Shown: positions 40,010-54,393, counted from the stretch's first letter. The stretch is DNA of 64,000 nt from Octopus vulgaris (GCA_951406725.2 OX597827.1:44330001-44394000); one strand, 5' to 3'. Numbers and translations: made by a program. The notes: generated by a model from the letters alone, not told the origin.

Positions 40010-40510
40010 TCATTATCATCATCAAATAACTGTTTTTCATGCATTGGACGGTTTGACAGGATCTGATTAGGCAGAGGACTATGTCATGCTCCAATTTTTC
40101 CAATGGCTCAATATCCCATCTAATGCCAACCACTTAGAGCATACTGCATGCTTTTTCATGGCCCCAGTACTACTGAGGTAGCCACATTTCTCATACGGCT
40201 ACAGAATCCCCTTTCAACTGACTTGAAGTAGTTGAGATGGAGGTGGAAAGAAAAGTAAAGGTGGTGGAGATGAAGTGTCAGACATGCCTTTGATGTACAA
40301 GAATGTGAATAGAGGGTGGGAATAGAAGATCTTTCAGTGTGTGCAAGAATATGGAGTAAGTGATGAAGAGAATGCACAAGAGTGTAATAGTAGTAGTAGC
40401 TGATGGTAGTTATGTGTTGAGTGGAAAGTGATAAGACCGAGTTATGGGGTGTCAAGAGAGAGTGATTTGGGAGTCAGGAGGAGATAACTGGCAGCACAGA
40501 TACAGTGGCC
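40010..40510 (-). mobile_element. Decayed RTE LINE 3' region
   Basis: Tail matches 41655-41810 and 36465-36640. Confidence 0.55.
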
Positions 40511-40729
40511 AATGGAAAATGTCAGTGGAAAGGAAATGCATGTAAATACATATGGTATTTATATAGACATGTGTACATACCTGTGTGTGAAAGAGCCTAT
40601 ATACATGTGTACATGTGCAAATCTTTACAATTGTATATGTACACTACATAAATACATATTTAAGCCTAAGTACACAAGTGTATATAATTGTGTGTGTGTG
40701 CACGTGAGTATATAAATATACACACACAC

Positions 40730-41530
40730 AGGGTGCTCAGGTTAAATTTGAAGATTCTTTTAGATCTCCTTTTCTCAGAATAGCCCAGAGCACTAGAGAG
40801 CATAAAAATCAAGTTGTATTTGAAAACTGTTAGCTAACATGGAGGACAGGAACCCATCTGAATGTTGGAATTCATTTAAGGACTACAGGACAAACTGATG
40901 GGAGATCTGAGCAAAGGAATCCAGGATTTGGTAAGAGAGCTGGGTGTTGGATTCACCACCATGAAGATGGCCCTGTATGAGGATCTTTGCTATCACTCAT
41001 ACAGGAGGTGCAAGGGACAAATTCTGACAGCAAAGGCCAAGGAGAATTGCTACAGCATCTGGTTGAGCCACAGATGATTTGGTTCTTCTCAGATGAATAG
41101 AACTGTCAGGATTAGTTGCACAACAACCAGAACAACAGGTGGCTAGCCTACAGTCCATGTGATGTCCCACATGTGATGAACACCAAAGATTCAGCACTTT
41201 GCCATACTCTAGAGAAAGGAAGTGCCTATAGAATTTCTGCGACTCCAACAGTCCAAATTTCTGGCCTCCTAATTCACCCAATAGTAATCCCATGTGTTAC
41301 TAGGTGTGGGGTACAATTCAGAAAGACACAAACAGCTCAGCCTGGAAAAATCAAGGCCAAGATCAAATAGGTATTCAAAGATCTTCCCAGGGATAGGTTC
41401 TGGAGTCATGTTGAGGACATGGTGAAAGTTGATGGGGGCTACTTTCAGTAAGCTATTATCATAGTCCTCTCTATGTTTAGCCCCTTGTGGGCAATAAAGA
41501 AATAGTAAACTATTATCACCCAACCATGAT
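40730..41530 (+). mobile_element. Degenerate Tc1/mariner-superfamily transposase (maT/rosa-like)
   Basis: HNNQNNRWLA..P.DVP.VM.TK and FWPPNSPNSNPMCY*VWG, compared with WPPNSPDLNPxDY. Starts cagggtg. Confidence 0.7.
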
Positions 41531-41654
41531 CTTGATCTTTTTTCATTTCCTAAAACACTTTTATTTTTAGATGGGACACAGTTTCCTTTCCCTTTCATGC
41601 CAACTGTCATATTTAGCACAAACACCTTGTATATACTTCAATATATATAAACCA

Positions 41655-41810
41655 CGGAGTGGTTGGCGTTAGGAAGGGCATCCAGCTGTAGAAACATTGC
41701 CAGATAAGACCGGAGCCTGGGGCAGCCTTCTGGCTTCCCAGATCCCCGGTCGAACCGTCCAACCCATGCTAGCATGGAAAACGGACGTTAAACGATGATG
41801 ATGATGATGA
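41655..41810 (+). mobile_element. RTE-type 3' tail with (GAT)n
   Basis: gtggttggcgttaggaagggcatccagctgtagaaac...gcatggaaaacggacgttaaacgatgatgat; several related copies in the window. Confidence 0.75.
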
Positions 41811-43454
41811 TATATATGCATTATCTACATATATGCATGTCCTTTTGTATTGATGTATATTCAATCAAAATTTAGCCTTGACCTGTTGGTACATTTTGAC
41901 CAATCACACAATTTAAATCTCCAAAATTTCATTGATAAATAGTGGTCAGCTGTGTGAATGAGTTTGTGTATATCCTCTTTTGTATGTGAGAGGAAGACAT
42001 ATGGACATATACATATTGTATATATTATATTTTGATAGAAAAAGAGAAAGGAAGATGTACATATGTATTTTATATATTTGGGAGTGTACGTGTGATGCAT
42101 GTACATGCAAACAAATGCATACTATTGAAGTTTAAGAAGTCTGCTTCCAAACCACAGAGCCTCAGGTTCAGTTCCAATGCACAGCACCTTCATCTAGGGC
42201 AAGTGTGTTCTACAATAACCCCAGTCCCCGCAAAACCTTGTGAGTGAATTTGACAGAGATAAATTTTTTTTAAAAGCCTGTGTGTTAGAGTATGTCTGTG
42301 CCTCTTTGTCTTAACATTGCATAATTGTTATGAATGATTGCTTTTCATTTATGATATTCTTCAAAAACGTCAGGGCATAAGGAGAGTATTAACCTGCTTA
42401 CAAACTGGTAACAGTTGACTGCAGGGAGGGCATCAAGAAAAACTCACCTGACACATGCAAGTATAGAAAAGTAGATGTTAAAACAATGATGTGTGTGTGT
42501 GTGGAGGGCAGTCTCAGTGTATGCTTGTGCAAAAAGTGGTGGTGTCATATAAATGGTACTGGTGATGGTGCCATGTGAAAAGTACCCAGTACAATCTGTA
42601 AAGTGGTTGGTGTTAGGAAGGGCATCCAACTGGCAAAACCAAGCTAAAAGCAGACTATGGAGCCTGGTGTGGCCCCTGGCCTTGCCAGTTATTGTCATGC
42701 CACACAATCCATACTAGCATGAAAAACAGACATTAAACGAATGATGATGTTGTGTGAGTATGCACATATACATAGACATATATGCATACATACAGACACA
42801 CACATACATATGCACATATACCGACACACACATACATATGCACATATACAGACACACACATACATATGCACATATACACATACATACATAATGTGCATGC
42901 ATACATACACACATACATATATGACATGTACAAAGCAGTCACACATCGACATGGGAGCATGAGAGTGAGGGTCTATGTGACTATAAATATAATTACCTCT
43001 GTCTGGGATTGAAACTCAATCATCAGATTCTCCACAAGCACCAATACATACATTTTTTTATTCATTCAAATTTTGAGGTGGAGAGAAGGGGGTAGGGACA
43101 AAATTAACTTTTCAAAAAAACTGGGGGTTTTTTTTTTTTTTTTTCCGTCTCACCTGACCACCATGTTAGCTCAGTAAACTGTACACATTGTCATTCGTTC
43201 AGCCTGTGACAAAGTTTCATGCACAGAACAAAACAAACAAACAAACAAGAGGGACAGACAGACAGAAAAAACAGATACAGTGGGACTTTGGGTGACTTAC
43301 CAAAATTTTTCATTTTTATTTGCTTCACACATAGTGGAAATATTTGGGAATATGAGAGAGAGAGAGAGAGCGAGAGCGAGAGAGAGACACACACACACAC
43401 ACACAAACAAACAGTGAACTAGAGTGAGAGAAGAGACGGATATAAAGACAGAGA

Positions 43455-44449
43455 CTGACTTTGCAACAGGACACTTTATTAAGATCTGTATTCAATAACA
43501 CATGGTTGGTTTGGGGTTTTGTCTTTTTTTTTTATTATTTTTTCTTTCTTTTTTTTTTTTTTGATGTTTTGAAGTAAAGTGTACTACTACTACAGCTAAT
43601 CATAGTAATAATAATAATGATAATAATAATAATAATAATGATAATAATAATAATGATGATAAGAATAAGAATAAGAATAATAATCATTAGTAATAATCAT
43701 AATAGTAATGATGACAATGATATCTTTGGACTAGGAACAAGGCCGATTTCGTAACAAGGGTTGGAAAGGGTGGGCAGATATAGTCACTTGAATAGATTCT
43801 TGTGTTATTTGTATGTTTGTGAGTATACATATGTGAGTGTGTATGTATGTATGTATGTACATGTGTACACAAACACATAAGTAGAGAAAGAGAGATACAT
43901 ATATGAGATATGTATTTATAAATTACTGGTATTGTTTTTTCGTTTTGTATTTTTGTTTCATTTTCGTTTCTTGTTTCTTTTTTCGTTTTCCTTTTTTTTT
44001 TTCTTTACTTTCTTTCAATCAATAACCTCCCCTTTCCTCCCTTCCCCACCCGGGAGGGGGGAATGAAAGGCAAAGTCGACCCCGGCGGGATTTCAATGAG
44101 AGATGGACAAACAGAGAGAGAAAGAGAGAGATGGATAGATTAGACTGGATTAGACAAGACAGACGGAAGTGAAAGTTGAGAAAGTAAGTTAGCCTTTCTT
44201 TTTGTTTCTTTTTTTCTTTGACAGAAAATACAAAAAAAAAAAATGAATAAATTAACAACCCCAGGACTGCTGTCAGGCACTGGAAGTAGATATATAATGA
44301 TAGTAATAATAATAATAATGATGGTGATAATTATAGTATCTGATCCGGCTGCTCTCTTGCCACATGTGCCATCTCCAATGTCCTACAATGAACTTAATGA
44401 AAAGAGGGACCATGTAATGAAGATATTGACACACACAGATGTGGATGTG

Positions 44450-44480
<31 letters not shown>

Positions 44481-46278
44481 AAATATATTTATATATTCAC
44501 ATACACAAACAAGATGTACACACACATAAATATAAATATATATATATACACATATACATGCGCATTTATATACATAGATAGATATATGTACGTGTATGTA
44601 CATATACATTATATATAATATGTATATATATATGCATGTGTGTATATGCACATATATTTACAAATGTGTACAGAAGACAAATAATAAGAATAAGAATTAT
44701 GATAATAATAGCATCAATAATGGTTTCTAATTGAGGCACAGGGCCATTTACTTTGTGGAAGGGGAGGAAGAGGAGGAGCGGGTACAGTCGATCACATCGA
44801 CCCCAGTACATGACCGGTACTTAGTAATAATAATAATAATATTAATAATAATAATAGTAATAATATTAATAATAATAATCATAATAATGATAATGATAAG
44901 TAAAAGGTAAAATTATAAAAATATAATTCTTCAGCACATTTGAAATGATGCAAATGTAGTTTTCTTTCTCTTGTTTTTGTAGTTCATTTTTTTTTTGTTT
45001 TTGTTTTGCTGTCTTGTTATTTTTTGTGTTTTAGGGGTTGTTTTTTTTATGAATTTGCTCTCATTTGATTACTTTCTTTTTTGTTTTTTTTCTTTTCTGT
45101 TATTTTGTTTATGTTATTTTTTTGTTTTTCTTCTTCTTCATTTCTTCTCTTGTTTAGATTCTCTAATAATTAATAAGATAGATAGACAGGCGGTTAGATC
45201 GATATAGACAGACATACAGACATGTAGATAGATAGATATTGTTAGATATAGACAAATAGATTAGACAGGTAAAAATAGACAAGTAGACAGTTGCTTAAGG
45301 TATGTAGATAAGACAGACAGGTGTTTAGTTTGCTAGACAGGTGGTTAGATATATAGATAAGCAGTCATGGTTACTTAGACATATGGCTAGTTAAATAGAT
45401 ATAAAGTTAGACAGATGGATAGACAGATAGATGGATGGCTTGATGGGTAGGCAGATGAGTAGATAGACAGGACAGATGGTTAAACAGGCGGTTGAATTGA
45501 TGCATAGACTGAAAAATGGGAAAAAACTCATGGAAAGGTGTATGGACAAAATGATAAGTAAATCAGCTGAAAGATAGCTAAATGGATGTAGAGGATAAAT
45601 GGACAAAGATGTAGGTTGGTAAGATAGGTGACAGGTAATGTTGATTAACCAACAGACATATGAAGTACAGGTGGAAAGAACGGTCATCAACAATCAGATG
45701 AAAAGATGCGGGGGGGAAGGAGACATTTCAAATAGATGTTAATTAAATTGCAGAACTGGTAAACAAGAAGAATGAGAAGAGGAAACAACAAGCAAAAAAC
45801 ACAAAGAGATTGAAAAGGAAAAATTAAATGGTCACAAGAAATGATGTTTTTTTTACAAAACAGACAGCAACGAAGCTTGAGACTAAACAGTACCAGGGAG
45901 AGAGGGGGTGTGGGAGGGGAGGGGAGGAAGAAATATAGAGGATGGAGGAATATAAAGGAGGTGGGTGGAAGTAATATTTAGGTGGATAGTTGCAGGAATT
46001 GGAGGAGAGAGAGAGAGAGAAAGGAGCAGAAATTGTAGGGGGTGGGGGGAGGAGAGAGGGTTAGAGCAGAAAATGGAGGAATTATATTTTATTACAAAAC
46101 ACCTTAAATTTAAACTATATGTGTGTGTTTGTGTGTTGCTGAGTGAATACATAAGTATGTGTGTGATCATGATGTGTATACATCTATACACACAAACATT
46201 TTACACATACACACAAAATAGGCACACATTGTGCAATATTTTAATTATAGATTTACTTAAATTGTTGGATATATATAC

Positions 46279-46311
<33 letters not shown>

Positions 46312-46326
46312 ACATATCAAATTAGT

Positions 46327-46358
<32 letters not shown>

Positions 46359-46711
46359 TAGCACAGTTCAAATAACTAACAATCTGGATACCACTTTTGT
46401 CACTGTTGCTGTTTTTTATTAATTTTTTATATTTTTTTAATTGCCTTTATTCAGCTGTTGTCATAGAGACGATCACCATGTTGTTGTTTTAGGACAGGGA
46501 AGAGTGTGGGATGGAAATAGAGAGAGAGGAAAAGAGGAAGAGAGAAAGATTGAAGTGGGAGAAAAAAATAAAATGGGAATAGTTTAAAAAAAAAAGTGGG
46601 GAGAAAATCGGCTCAGAGAAAAAAAAAAAAAAAACTGGGGATGTGGAAAAAAAATCTTTAAAATTAAATTTTTAAAAAAAATTGTAAAAACTTTTTTTAA
46701 AAAACAAAAAG
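43455..46711 (-). other. CtBP: Probable CtBP long-isoform 3'UTR ending near AATAAA at 43480-43475
   Basis: Follows the TAA stop, is poor in full-length SINEs, and has an AATAAA followed by a pyrimidine/GT-rich tract on the minus strand. End point inferred. Confidence 0.45.
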
Positions 46712-46959
46712 TTAATGGACCTCTGAACTTTCAGCCTTAGCCATGTGATTGCCCGAATCTGGTAGAGTGCTGTGTGGAGTGCTGTGTGGAGTGCTATGAG
46801 GGGTGTTGTGAGTATGCTGCACCACTGCTGGGTGGGTGTCAAGAGTGGTCGAATGGACCCCCATCGCAACAGCAGCCGCAGCGGCCGGGTTGAATGCATA
46901 TGCGGGACCATTTACACTGTCAGGGTAGACGGTAGCTGGGAATGGATAGCGAATGTTGC
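46712..46959 (-). CDS. CtBP: CtBP terminal coding exon (long-isoform disordered C-terminal tail)
   Basis: Phase-1 entry gives (S)NIRYPFPATVYPDSVNGPAYAFNPAAAAAVAMGVHSTT...MAKAESSEVH*. The YPDxxNG, HSTT, KxE and terminal SEVH motifs resemble protostome CtBP(L) tails. Long pyrimidine tract plus cag acceptor. Confidence 0.88.
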
Positions 46960-49327
46960 CTGCCAAAATATAAGAAAAAAAAAAAAAAGAGAGAGAGAAA
47001 AAAAAAGCTTTAGCATTCAATCAGATAAGTTAACGAATTATATGACATACATACAACATACATGTATGGCTATATATGTATATATATATAAATAGATAAA
47101 TAAATATATACACATGCATGAATGTGTACATATATATCTATATATATATATATATATATATGTTAAAATGGTACATATATAGCCATACATACAATATATA
47201 ATTATAAATATGTACAAATACACACATACATTATACACATAAACACCTATTTATATTTACACACAGACACACACAAACAATATCTCTTAATAATCTAAAA
47301 TATTTCAAGGTGCACATGTGTGTGTGTGTGTTGTGTGTGTGTAAGCACACAAAGATACGTTTAAGACACTTTACACAAGCATTTTAGTAGAGGAGAGGGA
47401 ATTATAATTTTTTGACTAAGGACACTTTGCTAATATTCCCAAGAATATTCTTACAAAAGCTAGCAGACTTGACCAATGATAACAAAAACAGTTAGATATC
47501 ACCTGATACCACCTGTTTCACTATCTTATCTTTACCTTTCAACGAACCTTATTACATTCGTATAAAAGGTTTCGTTTTTACTGTCTGCATGCCTAACAAT
47601 ATATCTAGTATATATGCATCTAACCAACTTGAGTGTGTAACATTATGTGTTTATGTATCTTAAGAGACAACTAACCAGAAGATAGATTGTTGATGAATTT
47701 GTGTAAATCATAACTGTGGAATATCCAAACAATATATTTCTCCCTTTTTTAATATCTTAACTGGCCAGATCTGGCTTCACACCCACCCTACAATGTCATT
47801 CTAAAAATAAACAATCACATCAGTGAAATCTCAAAGCTACGAGATAATGCGTGATTAATTAAAAACAAGTATTATACTTGATAGAGTAAATCTGAGTGTT
47901 AAAAGGTTAAGCTATGAAACACCAATAAGCTATCAAAGTGTCCAACAGAATCTTTATATCAAATTACACAAAATATAACTTCCGTTTATAAGTGAATACT
48001 TACAGAGACAGGAATGTCTCTGCAAGGAAAATCACAATATTGGAATATACTGTCATCACCATTCTAGCATCCACTTTTCCATGTTTGCATGGGGTCAAGT
48101 TTTCTTTGGCCAGGGTTTCCAAGAAACATAATATTAGCCCCAGTCTATAAAACAAAGAACTGGAAACAAATGTGCTCATGACTAAGCCTTTTGTTTCCAA
48201 AGATTCTACAATATGCCAAAATGCTTAAAATTGCTTCTATTGGTACTTTAATTATCATCACTATAATGTGTATGGTGTGTGTATGTCCGTGTGTACATAC
48301 ATATGCGTGGTTTAAATTAATTGAACAATTAACTGTCCTTTAACACTTTTGTGTCCATGTGTTTTCAAGTTCAGCCCCACTGCAAGACACCTCGTACAAG
48401 TGTCTCCTTCTACAGCCACAGGCTGACCAATGCCTTCTGAGTGAATCTGGTAGATGGAGATTGCGTGGAAGGCTACAGTCTGTGCGTATGTATACACACT
48501 TACTTGGGTATGCATGTGTATGTGTGCTTGTGTGTATGTATACATACACACACACTCGATGAAATTAAATAAATGATAGAGGTACAGGAAATTATACAAT
48601 GGACATCATCGGCTTACTGAAACACCAATAAGCTATCAAAGTGTCCAACAGAATCTTCCAGAATCTTTATATCAAATAACACGAAATACATCTTCTGTTT
48701 ATAAGTGAATACTTACAGAGACAGGAATGTCTCTGCAAGGAAAATCGCGATATTGGAATATACTGTCATCACCATTCTAACATCCACTTTTCCATGCTTG
48801 CTACAGGATCCAGTGCATCCAGAACTGAATGTTTATGCTCTGAGTGCACTGCATCTTATAATAGAAACTGCAATAAGCTACTGAAGTTTACTACATAATT
48901 TCCAGTTCCTTTGTCGTTTTTTTCCTTCTCAATTTCATATGTGCTGTACTTGACTAAGGCTTTATTCCAAAACATATGAATATTGAGTTTCGGCTTCAGA
49001 TTATTAGTATCTCTATACCTAAATGAAATATTAATATGTATACATGTGTGTGTGCATGCATTTGTTCCCAGCACTGCATGACAAGTGTTTTTGGTGTGTT
49101 TACATTGCTGTAACTTAGTAGCCTAGCAAAGAAACAGAGAGAACAGGTACCATACATAAACAATAGGTACTAAGGCGGATTCGTTTGACTAAATCCCTTC
49201 AGGGTGGTGATCTTAATATGACCACAGTCCAGTGACCAAAATGGGTAAAACATAAAAGATAGCAAATATCTTACTAATGAGTACCCAAAATAGCAAGTGA
49301 CCTGATCTGAGATCGTTACTGGAATGA

Positions 49328-49617
49328 AAACAATTGCAGCGTGGAAGGTGTTTATAAGCCATTTAAGAAACACACAAAATCCATTTCACTTCAACATTTA
49401 AATTTAATTTGTCAAAATATTTTTGCCGCTTTGAGACTGCGACCTGTTCACTGACAAAATTTCGTCAGATGCAGCACGGAATTTTGTCAGCAAACAGGTC
49501 ACAGTCTCAAAGCGACGAAAGTATTTTGACAAATTAAATTTAAATGTTGAAGTGAATCTAACGGATTTTGTGTGTTTCTTAAATGGCTTATAAACACCTT
49601 CCACGCTGCAATTGTTT
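49328..49617. repeat. Near-perfect 290-bp palindrome in the last CtBP intron
   Basis: Arms 49328-49465 and 49476-49617 are reverse complements with few mismatches; 10-nt loop. Confidence 0.95.
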
Positions 49618-50031
49618 ATAATAATAAGATTTATTATATATTACACTGTTGTGGAGCAACTAAAGTTTCATAATATCATCAGTGTAGGAAATTCCAAATG
49701 GACTAGTATTAAACCTACTAATGCAAATGTGCCATGCACTTATGCACATAAAATTTTGCATCTCTAAAATGTGTTTATATATGACTGAAATTCATAGCTA
49801 TGTAGGAAACTGAATTGGTACCAGGAAGTTGAATTTCATGTGTGCATGCGTGTGTGTGCGTGCGTGCATTACAAGTTTATGATTAGTATTATTAAAAAGA
49901 GATTAACAAAAATTTAACAAACTTGTTTAAAATGCCTTTAATGGTTAATCAAGCAAAATGAATTTTGTTTTACATCTTATCATTGGAGGAGAAATTATTA
50001 CAAAAATTTTGGATGATGATAATGATGATGT

Positions 50032-50067
<36 letters not shown>

Positions 50068-50481
50068 GTAATAAACAATGAATCATTCATGTAGTAACCT
50101 TGATAAGCTTGAGAAAAAAAAAACAAAAAAACGACAAACAAACCAAATCAGACTAGACCAGACCAAACCAGGCACCAAACAAAAACAGATGTTAAGCACA
50201 GGAAGTATGTGCATGTATGTATGTGTGCATATGTATGTGTGTTTGTGTGTATATATATATAAATAGATATACGTATACACAAACACAAATACACATATGA
50301 TAGGTAGGTTGATGTATATAATATATAAAGCAGTATGTATAGCCGAATGAGATTTGTCATAGATATTAAAAAGAAAAACTATACTGGTCATTCATTATAA
50401 ACTAACTCCCACTTCTGACAGTAAATGCTTAATCTCATGGTGTTCAGAGAAAGAAATTAAGAAAGCATGAAAGAGAGAAAC

Positions 50482-50520
<39 letters not shown>

Positions 50521-51605
50521 AGAGACAGGCAGGGAGAGGGAGAAGTTGGGACAATAATATATTTCTTAACTTTTACTGGTTTCAGTCGTTGGACTGCAGT
50601 CTTGTTGAGGCTCCGCCAAAGTTCTGAGCTGTTACTGTTGATCACAGTACTTCGTCTGGTTGGTACAAATTTTAACCAACCTTGTACAGCTACAACGGCA
50701 ATGGCAGGAATGAGTATAAAGGAATGCAAACCAAATACCACAAGTTATTTCTGTTTGACACAGTGATGATTCTGTCATCTTTTGCTGCGATTATACATAC
50801 ATATAACAATCACTAGAGATTCACCAAACAATTGGTGGCTGCTTTTATTGCAGAGTATAATAATTTCAAATTTACAGGTTGTATGGAATACCCTACGGAT
50901 TCAAACTACATGGATCCCTATTTTCCTCACTTGATGTTCTGTTAGCCAGATTTTACATATGGGGTGCTGACAGTGGCATATTCATCTTGATTTCTTTAGT
51001 CCTTAGTTGCTATCTCCATATGTAAATATATATATATATATATATAAAGATATATATATTAACATACACTCACACCCATAAGCTTTTATACTGTTACTAT
51101 CTGCAAAATTTCACTCAGAAGGCTACATAAGATATATATATGTATGATGATTATATCTGACAAAACCAAAATGTATGAATTTGCATAATTGAAATACTCA
51201 AAGGAAGCTGGGATGTTTCCATTGTAAATGTGAAAAGCATTTTTTTTTCTTCTAAAAAACAGAAATTACGATTGGGAACAGGGTGGAAGAGAGAAATAAA
51301 GAGGGAAAAAGAAATGAACTTTTAAAGAGGGTAAATAAATAATTATAGTAATCACCTGTATGGCATGTGATTCGTGATTCGTTATTAAATCCAGTGTGGT
51401 CCCACTGCATTCAATCATTATACTGCTGACCTGCCCTTACGAATTAATGAACTAAGCTAGGATAGAGGTAATATGGTATCACAATCAAACACGCATTTCT
51501 ATACATATATATACATCAACACATATACATACACACCCTTACACATTTTTAAATGTACATATGTATATACATATACGTCTACATATGTATGCGTGCATGT
51601 GTGTT

Positions 51606-51638
<33 letters not shown>

Positions 51639-52231
51639 GTGTTCATGTCAGTATATATATATGACATGTGTACATGTCTGTATATACAGACACACACATC
51701 CCACCATGTAACTACACAAGTATATACATATATGTATATATATAAATGTGCATGGATCCAAACATATGGAGATACTGTTGCACTTATGTACATACATAGA
51801 AACTACATAAATCCTGACATATCTACCTATCTACACACACACACACACTCACTCACTCACTCAAACATGCACACACACACACACACACACATTAACATAT
51901 GCAACTGCTTACACACATACATATATACACTAGCAGGCACACACACACGCATGCATGCCTTGCATACACATGCACACCCAGATAACTATGCATACTTAAT
52001 CATATACATACATGTACATGTATAGAAAGTAAGAGAGAGAAGAGGGACTGTCTGAAGTTTAATTTATTTATTTACTTTTTGCATTTTTAAATCATTATCA
52101 TTGTAGTTACTGCTGCTGATGATGACGATGATATGTTGATGTTCCGTTAATTAACAAAAAAAAGAATTTAAAACATCACACACATACATACACACAACTA
52201 TTTTAAGCAACACTTATATGTATATATGTAT

Positions 52232-52264
<33 letters not shown>

Positions 52265-53189
52265 AATATATATGTCCTCCAACCCCCACCGACCATCACC
52301 CGCATATGCATTCGTATTTGTCCATAAGTTTCTAGTCAGGTAAAAATGGTCTTATATGATGAAATGTGCTGTTCTGAGATGAGAGCGAATGCGTGAATAT
52401 AACAAAAAATTAAAATAGAACAAAAAAAAAATGAAAAACTTGTCGCTGCAGAAACAAAGGCGGCGATCAGTCAGATTTGTCTGTTGGCCATTTTTTTGTG
52501 TTTCTTTTTCTTTCCTTTTTTTCGTTTTTGCTTTTCAACGTCTCCATTGTATTTCATATTTCAAATGTTATCGTTTGGATATTTTTTTTTGGATATTTTC
52601 TTCTTCTTTGCTCAAAGTTTCATTTACAAATGTTTTTTTTTTTTTTTTCTTTTGCTTGATTTGGGGAAGGAAGAGAGATTGAGTATTTCAATATTCAAAA
52701 ATGATGATAGCGGATAAAAAAAAAAAATTCTTTAAAAAAGATGAATATTTTTTTTCTTCAAAAAAATTTTTTTCTGTTTCATTTAAATGTTTTGAAATTG
52801 TTTGTTGATATTTCATTGCTTTCTTTTTGTCTTTTTCCATTTTTATCATAATTATCATTATCATTGTTTTCTTGCTGTTTATTTTTTTTTTGCCAAGATA
52901 TCAAATCAACATGTGCATACATATTTCCGGAGTCCGGCCTGACTTCTTCTCTATCATCTATAATATAGCTTTGGCTGCCCAAGACAAGCAGGAATTTTTT
53001 TTTAATATTTATTTTTCTCTTTTGTTCTGTAATCTTTTTAAATATATATTTATGTATGTGTGTGCGCATATATATAGATAGAGACATATATATATATAGG
53101 CATACACACACACATAGATATATATGTATATATAATGTCCATCCCCAAAAACAGGAATAGAGTCTGACATCAGATTCATCATCCAGTTA

Positions 53190-53501
<312 letters not shown>

Positions 53502-54198
53502 TCAACATCATGTTGAGGATTTCAAATAAAATACTTCATTTTCCAAAGGAAAACTCTACTCCTTATCAGAACTGCCCAAGCGGCCTTGAGGTAGAAATTA
53601 GAAATAAAATTTGTCAATTGCTTGCAGGTAGCATACAGATATGTATCAATTAACTTATGTAATTACGTTGCATTATGTACTCTCACATTAAGAACTTTTA
53701 TCTATTGTGCTTTTAAATTATGAGAGTAAGAATAAACACAAAAATAAACATTGGCTACCCAGCATAATCTAGTTATGTGATTTGAACATATATGGTGATT
53801 GTACTGAAGACTAAGTAAAAAACAAAGACTCAAGAGAGGTCAGAGCTAAGAGGGTTGTACCAAAATGCTTGAGGACTTGCAAGCTTATAACTACTGTCTC
53901 TTGAAACCTTGGCAAAGCACTACTAATAGGCTTCACAAGTAAATGAAGGCAGCAGTCGGTATTAGCATACTCGTACTGGATGGCACTGGAAAAGTAACAC
54001 ACTGAGAAGAGGAAAAAAAATCATGTGAAATCCAAACTGAAGTTAATACTAAACTATCTCGTCTCCCAGCAAAGCATGCACCACTTCAGTTGCATTACCA
54101 AGTCTCAGTTCAACTAGCAGTAGGGATGTATTATGTATGATACGGAGGGGAGTGCGGGTGGTAGCGAATCATTGCTTCAAACACCATGGAACTACTGC

Positions 54199-54393
54199 TT
54201 AACCCTTTTGTTACTAACCAGGCCAAAACCGGCTCTGGCTCTGTGGTAAAATGTTTTGTTTTCATAAGTTTTGAATTAAAATATTCCACCAAGCTTTAGT
54301 CACAATTTACGTTTCTAACACTAGCTAATGATAACTAAATTATTTTACTAAATTCTTTGTTATATTTAAAATAGCTGAAAGAAACAGGGTTAA
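54199..54393. mobile_element. piggyBac-type MITE (TTAA-CCC...GGG-TTAA)
   Basis: TTAA TSDs. Same family as 55905-56135, opposite orientation. Confidence 0.8.

Noticed and set aside
51356-51460. Unique-looking intronic patch with possible splice sites
   Set aside because: The acceptors are weak or ambiguous, and the phase-1 readings I tried stop within a few codons; cannot be supported.
52915-52960. Intronic frame reading PDSGNM, echoing PDSGNHM in the CtBP tail
   Set aside because: A five-residue match is plausible by chance in a 6-kb intron; the acceptor is weak and the frame runs into low-complexity sequence.
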